Positions 24,244-32,000 of a stretch of DNA of 32,000 nucleotides are shown one piece after another. Source of the stretch: Telmatocola sphagniphila (GTDB lineage Bacteria; Planctomycetota; Planctomycetia; Gemmatales; Gemmataceae). Made by a program: the position numbers and the translations under genes. The number at the start of each line of letters is the position of its first letter. Position 1 is the stretch's first letter. Below the pieces are notes generated by a model that saw nothing but the letters and a program-made list of their open reading frames with translations, ran no database searches and was not told the DNA's origin. The stretch covers positions 2,700,001-2,732,000 of the forward strand of contig NZ_CP074694.1 of the NCBI RefSeq assembly GCF_018398935.1, given 5' to 3'.

Positions 24244-25849
24244 AACGCAAGGTCTGCCGGAACAGATCCGGCATGATCTTGCGCAATACCAGCAACATGA
24301 TCAAAGCCAGCACTCCAGCTGTCCCAAACAGATACGGTGGCAGCTTACGAAAATCGTAAGCGGACTTCGTCAGTCGCCCCTCTGGTGCCACCACCAGATG
24401 CTTCACGTTACCAATTCGATATTCCCAGACCGCCACGCGGCTGCCCGGCGTCACCCCGGAATCGATGGTGATGATTAACTGCTCGGCTTCCACCGGTCTA
24501 AAAATTCTCGAAACTACCGAAGCGACTTCTCCCGCTGGCTGACCATATTGAGTGATATTCTCCCCTTCCCCAAGGGTGACTTGAACCGGCCGACCTTCTC
24601 TCAACTCCACCTTCAGAAAGTTCTGGTTGGAAGCGAGTTCCTTCATTGCCACCTCTGGAGCCAGCTCGACCCTTTTCGATACGGCAACGCAACCGAGAAA
24701 GAGTACGGAGGAGAGCACAGCGCCTCCTACGTCCACAAAATTGCTGATCGCGAACATTTCGCCCTTACTGGTCCGTGCCGCGGAGTACTGAAGCAGTGAA
24801 AAGAGCGGCACCAGAAAGAAGCTGGTCGAAAAACCGATGAGCACCGTCGAGAAAATTAACCCACTCAAGGAGGCGGTGAACAGACTGGCCAGCAGGCACC
24901 CGATGGCAATGCCCAGGGCGCCGATCGGGATCAGACCCAGTTCGATTTTCTTACCCGATAGCCACCCCGCCAGCGGACAGCCCAGCCCCAGACCACACGC
25001 GACCGTCCCAACCACGGCACTGGTTTTCAATTCATCCCAGCGCGGGCTCTGGCTTTCGCCAAACATGTAGACGGTGGCCCGCAGAAAGGTCACGACGAAC
25101 GTAAAAAAGGCGATTCCCACGATGGCGAACAGCAAATCTCGGGTGGCCAATACGTGCCGAAAATTCTGAATCAAAGGAAAATAGATATATCTGGGAAATG
25201 GACGTTGGGGATTGGCCGCCGGAATTTTCTGAAGCTGCAGGCTGACGAAAAAGCCGATCAGTGCCAGCGATCCGAGGATGATACCAATTATCCATTCCGA
25301 GCCTTGAAACAGAAACGAAAAGACGCCGCCGCAGATGCTGCCGAGAATCGTTCCGAGGAAAGAAAACGATTCGAGATACCCGTTGCCTCGCGAGAGAAGT
25401 TCAGGTTCCAGGATTTCCGGCATGATGCCGTACTTAGCCGGACCGAAAAAAGCCGCGTGCATCCCCATGAAGAAGACAGTGGATAGAACCAGCGTCACTC
25501 CCTCCGCCTGGCCGAACCAGAATCCCGCTAAAGCGATCGCCGTGATGACAATTTCCGCCAGTTTCCAGAACACCAGCGCGTTGCGCTTGCTGTAGCGGTC
25601 GGCGAAGTAGCCCGCCAAGGTCACGAAGAGGAACCAGGGCGTATAGAACAGGACCGGCATCAGCGAGATCGCCTGTTCCTCGGTCAGTGTGCGGGAGTGA
25701 ATCGCAAAAAACATCGCCGAGGCGTTGATGGCCTGATCGTTGAACGCGGCCAGAAATTGAGAGACGATCAGTGCAAAAAATGTTCGATTTTTGAGCGTTT
25801 TAGAGAGGCTGGTTCGTTCTCGGGATGTCGAGAGAGACTCGTTCAGCAT
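24170..25849 (-). CDS. lplT: MFS transporter, LplT-like (lysophospholipid transporter), with a C-terminal extension of about 150 aa
   Basis: The N-terminus FFALIVSQFLAAFNDQAINASAMFFA...YFADRYSKRNALV resembles LplT-type MFS proteins. After the MFS core come a soluble segment and one more TM. The last 74 nt overlap the convergent permease gene. Confidence 0.65.
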   Translation of the reverse strand: MLNESLSTSRERTSLSKTLKNRTFFALIVSQFLAAFNDQAINASAMFFAIHSRTLTEEQAISLMPVLFYTPWFLFVTLAGYFADRYSKRNALVFWKLAEIVITAIALAGFWFGQAEGVTLVLSTVFFMGMHAAFFGPAKYGIMPEILEPELLSRGNGYLESFSFLGTILGSICGGVFSFLFQGSEWIIGIILGSLALIGFFVSLQLQKIPAANPQRPFPRYIYFPLIQNFRHVLATRDLLFAIVGIAFFTFVVTFLRATVYMFGESQSPRWDELKTSAVVGTVACGLGLGCPLAGWLSGKKIELGLIPIGALGIAIGCLLASLFTASLSGLIFSTVLIGFSTSFFLVPLFSLLQYSAARTSKGEMFAISNFVDVGGAVLSSVLFLGCVAVSKRVELAPEVAMKELASNQNFLKVELREGRPVQVTLGEGENITQYGQPAGEVASVVSRIFRPVEAEQLIITIDSGVTPGSRVAVWEYRIGNVKHLVVAPEGRLTKSAYDFRKLPPYLFGTAGVLALIMLLVLRKIMPDLFRQTLRFIAGSRESSSAWPTATAPVRPDGP

Positions 25850-25910
25850 TCGCAGAGATCCCGTGGAATCAATTCAATCTCTGGGGATGTATTAGCGAGT
25901 TAGTCCGATT

Positions 25911-25948
25911 TTGAAAGAGAGAAGCTACTCTGGGCCAGCCAGAGTAGC
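25911..25948 (-). terminator. Intrinsic terminator after the lipoprotein gene
   Basis: A perfect 10-bp stem, GCTACTCTGG / CCAGAGTAGC (25924..25948), with a 5-nt loop. On the minus strand it is followed by TTCTCTCTTTCAAAATC. Confidence 0.6.
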
Positions 25949-25958
25949 GGCAGGTAGG

Positions 25959-26627
25959 TCAGGATTTCGAATTGGTTTTTACCACTGCGTTTTTCGAATC
26001 GATCAGCTCGGGCTTGGCACCGGTCGAAGGCAAAGCATGATGGCTGTTCGCATACTCTTTCACCGCCGTATGATCAAGCGTTATCAAATCGCTCTGGGTG
26101 AAGTAGACGCTCTTGCCGTCTTTGGAACACCATCTCGCTTGCAATAAAATCTTGGACATATCCGGAGTGTAAGTGCTCCAGGGCAAATACATACTGTAGC
26201 CGGGGCCCACGAAATCCTTCTTCTCAAACTTGGGCAACACGGTTTCATCGAATCGCCATTGTTCCAGATGTCTCGGTTCGGGATTGCCGGGATTAGGAGT
26301 GTGATCGAACAGATCGATCACCAGAAGCCCTTCACTCACGTAGGGAACGCCGTAACCATTCTTAAACAGATAGACGCGACCGAGCAAACCAACGTTGAGC
26401 GTTCCGCCCGAGAGCGGATCAGGAGCCAGCGTGATACGATTGCTCCAGGTTGCGGTCATTCGGCCATCTTCACTCGGCTTTTTGTATTCTGAAGTTGAAG
26501 TGGAAGCCTGAGCCGCTTTTTCCGTCTTCGGAGCAGACAAGCAGCCGGTCATCCAAAGCGGAACGGCAGCCAGGGCCAGGCAGGCGGTTCGTCGATCCAT
26601 CGACTTCAGCTTAACGAGAGGTTCCAT
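25959..26627 (-). CDS. Small lipoprotein of unknown function, immediately downstream of the secretin
   Basis: The ATG at 26627 has an AAGGAGA (26641..26635) 7 nt upstream; the track start at 26657 is less likely. It has a signal peptide with lipobox (ACLALAAVPLWMTGC). The mature part has no motif I recognise. Confidence 0.75.
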   Translation of the reverse strand: MEPLVKLKSMDRRTACLALAAVPLWMTGCLSAPKTEKAAQASTSTSEYKKPSEDGRMTATWSNRITLAPDPLSGGTLNVGLLGRVYLFKNGYGVPYVSEGLLVIDLFDHTPNPGNPEPRHLEQWRFDETVLPKFEKKDFVGPGYSMYLPWSTYTPDMSKILLQARWCSKDGKSVYFTQSDLITLDHTAVKEYANSHHALPSTGAKPELIDSKNAVVKTNSKS

Positions 26628-26657
26628 CCTCTTGTCTCCTTCCAAAGGGCTATGCAT

Positions 26658-26695
26658 TCACAAAAAGTCTCGAGCCTTAGACAAAGCCCGAGACT
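26658..26695 (-). terminator. Terminator/attenuator-like hairpin between the secretin and lipoprotein genes
   Basis: On the minus strand, AGTCTCGGGC...GCTCGAGACT forms a stem of about 10 bp including one G-U pair, followed by TTTTGTGAA. It lies 12 nt after the secretin TAA. Confidence 0.5.
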
Positions 26696-26706
26696 GATGG
26701 GATTAA

Positions 26707-29700
26707 TTACTTGCTACCGGAATCGGTCGCCGATTTACCGTTCGCTCCGATTGTCAGAATCGGAGGCACATCGGCCTTCGTGCTGGATGTCACCGGAATC
26801 TCAGGTTTTGCGGCCGCCGGGGCTTCCAGTTTCGGTGCAGCCGTGTCTGGCTTGGAGGCAGACGGCATCGCTGCCGGATCCGATTGCTTCATATTAATCG
26901 GCAGCATCGTATCCACCGATTCAGCAAAGGTTTCTGGTGGCAGAGGCTTGCCGTGTTTATCCTTACCCAGCGGTCTGACGGGAGCCGCGGAACGCAAGTT
27001 GGTTGCTTCCGGATTCATTGAATAGATATCCTTCAGATTCCAGTTCAGCTTGCTCGTCTCCCGCATGGTTACGCGACGTTGATCTTCCTCACTCCGGATA
27101 ATGGTAGGAGTCAAGATCATGACCAACTCGGTCTTGGCAATCGTCTGAGTTCGGAACCGGAACAGCGTGCCGATATAGGGAAGATCGCCCAGGATTGGCA
27201 CTTTATTCTCGTTACGAGTGTTCGACTTCGAGAGTAAGCCGCCCAGAACGATAGTTTCACCATCGGAAGCCAGAACAGTCGTTTGGATAGCCTGCACATC
27301 GAACGCCGTCGCAAATGTACCGTTCCCCAGGGAGACCAGTGAAGCGACGGGAGACGATATCGACGGCTCAACACGCATCAGGATCTTGCCATCGGGACTG
27401 ATACGTGGCGTCACCTTCAAGTTAACACCCGTATCCGTGGTCGAGAGCAAGGGAGTATAAACTCCCGTTAGGCTGTTGGTCGTAAACCCGGTCACTGTCG
27501 GATACTTCTGACCCACTTGGACTGCAGCGGTCTGATTGTTCACCGTCTGCAGGCTCGGGCAGTTCATGATGTCGATGCGGCCCTGCTGCTTCAGAGCACG
27601 CACCAGAACGTTGAGGGTGTCGCTACCCGCGGAGAAGACGAAGCCACCCACCCCACTGGAGTTGGTTCGCCCCACACCGAGATTGCTCAACCCCTGGAAG
27701 CCGACCGTAGCCGGTTTGTAGAGCGTCGAAACACCCGTGTTACTCGACGATCCCGGCAGGAAGCCCGCGCCACTGCCAAAGTTAAAGCTCCCGACTTGGG
27801 AAGCCGTGTTTACCGTGAGGGTATTGCTGGTGGCCAGGCCGCTATTCCCGTTGATCCCCGTAACACTTGTAGTGCCAGTCGCGGGTATCAAAGATCGATT
27901 GAACAATACGGGGCTTTGCATGCCGATTTCGACACCAAACTCCTCGTTATTATTCAGCGTTACTTCGGCGATCATCACGCTGATGTGCACCGTTTCGGGA
28001 GCGGAATCCAACTCCCGAATAATCGTCATGATCTGTTCATAGTAATCGCGGGTGCAGCTGATCACGAGTTTATTGGTGACCGGTTCCGCTGTAATCACCA
28101 GGTTCCGCTGGAAGACCTGGAAGTTCGAGTAGTAATTCGAACCCTGATAGATGGCCAGTGTGTTGGTCACATAGGTCGTCAGCGTGGTCGCAATATCCGA
28201 GGCCGCGGCATTGCGGCACTCGTAGACGATATCGACCCGTTGCGAAATTTCAGACGCTTCGAGTTTGGCGATGAGGGCCGCAATCGTATCCAAATCGTTC
28301 TGAGTACCGACTGCGACGATCGAGTTGGTTCGATCGTCCACGGCCAGACGCAGGTCGAGCAGGTTCGCACCGTCACCCACCTGACCGGTGATTGTCAACA
28401 ACGGTCGATTCAGGTTCTGAGTAGAACTTCCACTGGTGGTGCCACCAAAGCTAGTACCTGTTCCTACACCCGTCGCGCCGCCACCACCACCGCCGCCACC
28501 ACCGTTAGCACCCCCGGTGCGATTGGCACCGGTAGTTCCGCTCGAAGCAAACATTTGCTGAATCAGCGTGGCCGTGTTGACGGCATCCGCTCTTCGCAGC
28601 GGGAAAACCTTAACATTGGCCTGCACCGCGGAAACCGTGTCCATATCCTGGATCAACTTCATTAGAAGATCCATCGTTTTCGTCGGGGCCGAAATGATAA
28701 TCGTGTTGGTTCGAGGATCGGCGTTCAAGTGAACGTCTTCCAGCAAGCCGGTTTCCAGAGGATTGCCCGGTCCGTTCGGGAAGAAGCGGATCGAGGTCGA
28801 CTTGGTAGTCAGACCCACAAGAGCCGTATCGGTCGCCGCCGAGCTGCCGGTGGTTCCGGTAGTGCCGCCCGCACCCCCCAGCGTTCCGCCGGGTCGATTC
28901 TGAGCGTTTCCACCGAGGGCGTTGCCACCAAATGCTCCGGCAGCACCGCCACCTCCACCGAAGGCGCCGCCAGCTCCCCCAGTAGTCGTCGCCAGGTTCA
29001 ACAGCCCGGTCGGACCATTGGACTGTACGATGCTGGGTGTCAAGGAGCGAATCAACAGGTCGGCCAGGTCGGCAGCGATGGCGTTACGAACCTTGACGAT
29101 TCGCAGATCGTTCACCGCACTCGATACGCTGTTATCCAGTGCATCGATGAGGTTCTTCACTTCCTCCATGTCGGTCGGGCTGGCCTGGACGATCACCTGG
29201 TTACTGCTGCTGTCGTAGGTGATACGAACCTGGTCTTGAGTACCGGTTTCTGCCGGATAGCGCTGATTGAAGAAGTTCTGGATCGTAATAGCCGCGTTCT
29301 GAGCGCTGGCCTTCTTCAGCATGAAGCTGCGCGGCGACATCTGAGGACTACCCGGCTGATCGAGCTGTTCGACTCGCTTCCTGAGCTCCGGGAGGGTCGC
29401 CGCCGGGGCGGAAACCAAAATTGCATTGAAGCGAGGCAGAGCCAGCAGGAAGATCGAGCCGGTCAATTGCTGTTGCTGCTGATTGAAACCACCGAAGGCC
29501 GATCCGCCGCGGTTAACCGTCGGATCGTTCGGCGTATAGCCGTTGAGCCCCAACGGTACGTTCTGAAGCAGCGACTTCAGCGTATTGGTGACCACCGTGG
29601 CATCCCCCACCTTGAGGGGGATGATATCCACTTTCTGCTCAGCCTTCTTGACCTGTTCCTGGATGATCTTGATGACCTCCAGGGCAATGGCCAAGTCCTG

Positions 29701-32000
29701 AGGATTGCCGGCGGTGATGATACCGCCGCCCAACTGAGGCAGCGGTTCGAAGAACACGCTGGATCGAGTTTGGGGAACCGTATTCGGGCTATTCACCAGC
29801 GGTTGGTTGCCCTGTTGGGAGAGCCCGCCTAACTTCGGCTGTGGGTTGAAGTTAGGGTTTGTGTTCTGTTGCGGCCGACCTTGCACTGGGGTTTGGCCAG
29901 ACGTCAGCAGGAATTCCGAGGAACGACCTCCATTGAGGATGAAATCATCGAGTTTTTCGGGTTCGAACTTGGCCACACCTTGCAGCCGTTCGAAAGAAGG
30001 ATCATAAAGGAGCTTGCTCCCCTGGTCTTCCATGACCTGGGAATCAAAAAAATTGGGGCCCTCCGCTCCTGGCCGTTCGGGTTGTCTGCCGCCGGGTCTC
30101 ATGCCGCCGCCGCCGCCACCGGGGCCGCCACGACCTCCGCCGCCTCCGCCGGGACCGCCGCCACCGCCGGGACCACCCCCGCCACCAAAGCCGCCACGAC
30201 CTCCGCCGCCACCGCCGGGACCACCCCCGCCGCCGCCGAAGCCGCCACCACCTTGGCCACCGCCGCCGAAACCGCCACCGCCGCCGCCAAAGCCACCACC
30301 ACCACCGCCAAAGCCGCCACCGCCGAAGCCACCGCCGCCGAAGCCACCGCGGCCGGTCTGAGTATTACGATTCACGTAGCGGCCCTGCATGGCATCAATA
30401 GCCTGCTGGACGACGAACGGATCAATCCCGGAAATTTGCAGGAACTGTACCTGCTTCGTGGCATCCTTCGCCTTGGAGTCGAGGTTTTCGCAGAGCGTGC
30501 GAATGTTCTCGTACATCGGCTGCGAGCAGTTGACGATGATCGAGTTCGATCGGTCGTCGACGCTGATGTTCATCTGATTCTTGAGAATCACGTTCGAGCG
30601 CGGCGTCCCGAAAGGAGACGGGAACAGCGAAGGCGGCTGACTCGAAAGGGTCGATTGAGTGTCCTTATAAATGTCGCGGATAACTGAAGCGACATCGCTG
30701 GCGACCGCATATTTCAGCTCGATGTAATGCGTCTTGAGGAAGCCTTCTTCCTCATTCGGCCCATCGATGGCATCCTTCAAAATCGCTTTGATCGTTAGGA
30801 ATTCGAGTGCGGAAGCGCGAATGAGCAAGCTATTGGTTTCGGGGTAAGCCAGCACTCGCACTTTGTTCTTAGCCGCGGCGGCAGCTGCCGCCGCGGCGGA
30901 TTGGTTCATTGCCGCATTAGCATTGAAGCCACTGAAGGGATTGCCTTGACCTCCGCCAAATCCGCCGCCCCCCTGGCCACCGCCAAAACCGCCGCCGCCG
31001 CGGTTACCGCCCCCACCACCGCCGCCGAAGAAGGGAAAACCTCCACTTTGCTGAGGTGTGTTTTGTTGCGGTCCGGTGACAGGAGTACCGTTGAACCAGC
31101 TATCGATGAACTTGGCCGCTTCAACGGAATTGCCGTTCTTCAGTCGGATGACCCGGAAATCATGCTCTCCGGGAGCCGCCGTCAGCATGCTGACGAGTTC
31201 GCGAACCAATTGCTGAGTCTGCGGATCGTCGGAGGTCACAATGATTTTGGAGCCGACCGGGGTGATTGTCACCGGTGGACCGCTGACCTTCGGCTTCTGC
31301 GTATCGGGCTTCTGGGGATCGACCAGCTGAGGTTGCTGGGAGACCAGATAGAAATTGGCATCAATGGTGTCGCCGGAGCTGATCTTCTTCGGCTGGGGAG
31401 GCATGCTCTGTTTCGGATCGACTTTGGGCATCGGCGGAGCATTTGGCTCTTCGAAGCTCGGCCGAACCAGTTTGGAATCCTTACCCATTTCCTGAAGCAT
31501 CTTGTTCAGGGTTTCGCCCAGTTGGAGCGAACTGCCGCCTTCGATGCTGATGATGCGTACGTTGCCCAGCGAAGCGGGGTTGCCGGAATCACCCCGCAGC
31601 TGCTTCATGGTCAATTCGACTTCCGCAACGAGCTGAGGAGTCCCCTTAGTCAGAATGCCCGTTTCCACGGCCCTGACGACCAGTCCGCCCCCTTTGATCG
31701 CTTCGGGGAAGATGTCCTTCAGCAAGCTTTCCATTTTGCTGAGGTCGTATCCGCCTGCATCGATAATCTTGGTCTGGACCTGCTGCTTTCCTTTCGTCAG
31801 CATCTCGGTAATGTCGAAGTGATCCTGGGTCGAGCCGTAGACCATTAATTGACCGTTGACGGCCGCGACTTTGACGACGGTAGAAGTCTTGTAAATTGTC
31901 GAGAGAGTGCCCGCAAGGGCCTCCGCACTGCCGGCCGGTACATCATAGTACATGACGTACGGATTGGAGCTGTCATTATCGATGAGCTTCTTGGTGCCAA
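26707..32000 (-). CDS. Giant secretin-family outer-membrane channel protein, 5'-truncated by the window edge
   Basis: It has a C-terminal secretin core (VHISVMIAEV..., VLVRALKQQGRIDIMNCPSLQTVNNQTAAVQVG, GVNLKVTPRISPDGKI, NKVPILGDLPYIGTLFRFR...TELVMILTP). Seven clear and about three degenerate secretin N-domain repeats precede it (..DDRTNSIVAVG....IAKLE type). The frame stays open upstream of the track's Met (…GTKKLIDNDSSNPYV-M) to base 32000. Confidence 0.85.
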   Translation of the reverse strand, partial: GTKKLIDNDSSNPYVMYYDVPAGSAEALAGTLSTIYKTSTVVKVAAVNGQLMVYGSTQDHFDITEMLTKGKQQVQTKIIDAGGYDLSKMESLLKDIFPEAIKGGGLVVRAVETGILTKGTPQLVAEVELTMKQLRGDSGNPASLGNVRIISIEGGSSLQLGETLNKMLQEMGKDSKLVRPSFEEPNAPPMPKVDPKQSMPPQPKKISSGDTIDANFYLVSQQPQLVDPQKPDTQKPKVSGPPVTITPVGSKIIVTSDDPQTQQLVRELVSMLTAAPGEHDFRVIRLKNGNSVEAAKFIDSWFNGTPVTGPQQNTPQQSGGFPFFGGGGGGGNRGGGGFGGGQGGGGFGGGQGNPFSGFNANAAMNQSAAAAAAAAAKNKVRVLAYPETNSLLIRASALEFLTIKAILKDAIDGPNEEEGFLKTHYIELKYAVASDVASVIRDIYKDTQSTLSSQPPSLFPSPFGTPRSNVILKNQMNISVDDRSNSIIVNCSQPMYENIRTLCENLDSKAKDATKQVQFLQISGIDPFVVQQAIDAMQGRYVNRNTQTGRGGFGGGGFGGGGFGGGGGGFGGGGGGFGGGGQGGGGFGGGGGGPGGGGGGRGGFGGGGGPGGGGGPGGGGGGRGGPGGGGGGMRPGGRQPERPGAEGPNFFDSQVMEDQGSKLLYDPSFERLQGVAKFEPEKLDDFILNGGRSSEFLLTSGQTPVQGRPQQNTNPNFNPQPKLGGLSQQGNQPLVNSPNTVPQTRSSVFFEPLPQLGGGIITAGNPQDLAIALEVIKIIQEQVKKAEQKVDIIPLKVGDATVVTNTLKSLLQNVPLGLNGYTPNDPTVNRGGSAFGGFNQQQQQLTGSIFLLALPRFNAILVSAPAATLPELRKRVEQLDQPGSPQMSPRSFMLKKASAQNAAITIQNFFNQRYPAETGTQDQVRITYDSSSNQVIVQASPTDMEEVKNLIDALDNSVSSAVNDLRIVKVRNAIAADLADLLIRSLTPSIVQSNGPTGLLNLATTTGGAGGAFGGGGGAAGAFGGNALGGNAQNRPGGTLGGAGGTTGTTGSSAATDTALVGLTTKSTSIRFFPNGPGNPLETGLLEDVHLNADPRTNTIIISAPTKTMDLLMKLIQDMDTVSAVQANVKVFPLRRADAVNTATLIQQMFASSGTTGANRTGGANGGGGGGGGGATGVGTGTSFGGTTSGSSTQNLNRPLLTITGQVGDGANLLDLRLAVDDRTNSIVAVGTQNDLDTIAALIAKLEASEISQRVDIVYECRNAAASDIATTLTTYVTNTLAIYQGSNYYSNFQVFQRNLVITAEPVTNKLVISCTRDYYEQIMTIIRELDSAPETVHISVMIAEVTLNNNEEFGVEIGMQSPVLFNRSLIPATGTTSVTGINGNSGLATSNTLTVNTASQVGSFNFGSGAGFLPGSSSNTGVSTLYKPATVGFQGLSNLGVGRTNSSGVGGFVFSAGSDTLNVLVRALKQQGRIDIMNCPSLQTVNNQTAAVQVGQKYPTVTGFTTNSLTGVYTPLLSTTDTGVNLKVTPRISPDGKILMRVEPSISSPVASLVSLGNGTFATAFDVQAIQTTVLASDGETIVLGGLLSKSNTRNENKVPILGDLPYIGTLFRFRTQTIAKTELVMILTPTIIRSEEDQRRVTMRETSKLNWNLKDIYSMNPEATNLRSAAPVRPLGKDKHGKPLPPETFAESVDTMLPINMKQSDPAAMPSASKPDTAAPKLEAPAAAKPEIPVTSSTKADVPPILTIGANGKSATDSGSK
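30104..30351 (-). repeat. Longest Gly-rich low-complexity tract of the secretin, with internal DNA repeats
   Basis: It encodes (GGF/GGGG/GPGG/GRGG)n over roughly 80 codons. The 33-nt unit gccgccacgacctccgccgccNccgccgggacc occurs at 30124 and again at 30190, 66 nt apart, with one mismatch. Shorter Gly tracts lie at about 28431-28540, 28846-28993 and 30940-31050. Confidence 0.8.

Noticed and set aside
27517-31848. Series of long plus-strand ORFs opposite the secretin (27517..28665, 28729..29832, 29869..30687, 30901..31848). Also the Pro-rich 30014..30361 and the Ala/Val-rich 30099..30347
   Set aside because: These are mirror or off-frame translations of a long gene with biased codons. The poly-Pro and poly-Ala products are just the complement or frame-shift of the GGN-rich Gly tract. 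The minus-strand frame has the diagnostic secretin core.
1-32000. Search for tRNA/rRNA genes, CRISPR arrays and large dispersed repeats
   Set aside because: I found no T-loop or acceptor-stem signature outside coding frames, and no regularly spaced direct repeats. The only repeat families seen by eye are the IS termini and duplication, the operator boxes and the Gly-tract DNA. A computational repeat and covariance-model scan would be needed to be sure.

Overview
The window is gene-dense and carries no rRNA, tRNA or CRISPR array that I could find. The gene content suggests a Planctomycetota-like chromosome: a giant glycine-rich secretin, WD40 fusions, and many translationally coupled genes. 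That taxonomic call is inference only.

Left to right:
- 1-446 (-): a truncated membrane protein gene running out of the window.
- 927-2886: a YfcE-type metallophosphoesterase gene split by a single-ORF IS66-family element (961-2422). The element is flanked by a 9-bp direct repeat, so the original reading frame can be rebuilt exactly.
- 2935-4612: a tripartite hipB-hipS-hipT-like toxin-antitoxin operon. Three related palindromic operator boxes, spaced 60-61 bp apart, precede it.
- 4677-5333 (-): a HAD phosphatase.
- 5410-12060 (-): the most unusual locus. Three co-directional genes each carry a HlyD-type membrane-fusion (periplasmic adaptor) module fused to a different non-transport module. 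The partners are tandem GAF domains, a 7-bladed WD40 propeller, and an M50 site-2 protease with a PqqD/RRE-like N-terminus. No pump or outer-membrane channel gene is present. A 30-codon sORF exactly fills one intergenic gap.
- 12937-17191 (+): a coupled set of Aas-like acyltransferase/acyl-ACP synthetase, SpoU/TrmJ-like methyltransferase, and a secreted CxxCH protein.
- 17328-24243 (+): a TetR-controlled adaptor, ABC ATPase and two FtsX/MacB-type permeases that have extra N-terminal membrane domains.
- 24170-25849 (-): an LplT-like MFS gene.
- 25959-32000 (-): a 5'-truncated secretin of more than 1760 aa, followed by a small lipoprotein gene. The secretin has about ten N-domain repeats interrupted by long Gly-rich tracts.

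All family assignments come from motif and pattern recognition by eye. No searches were run.
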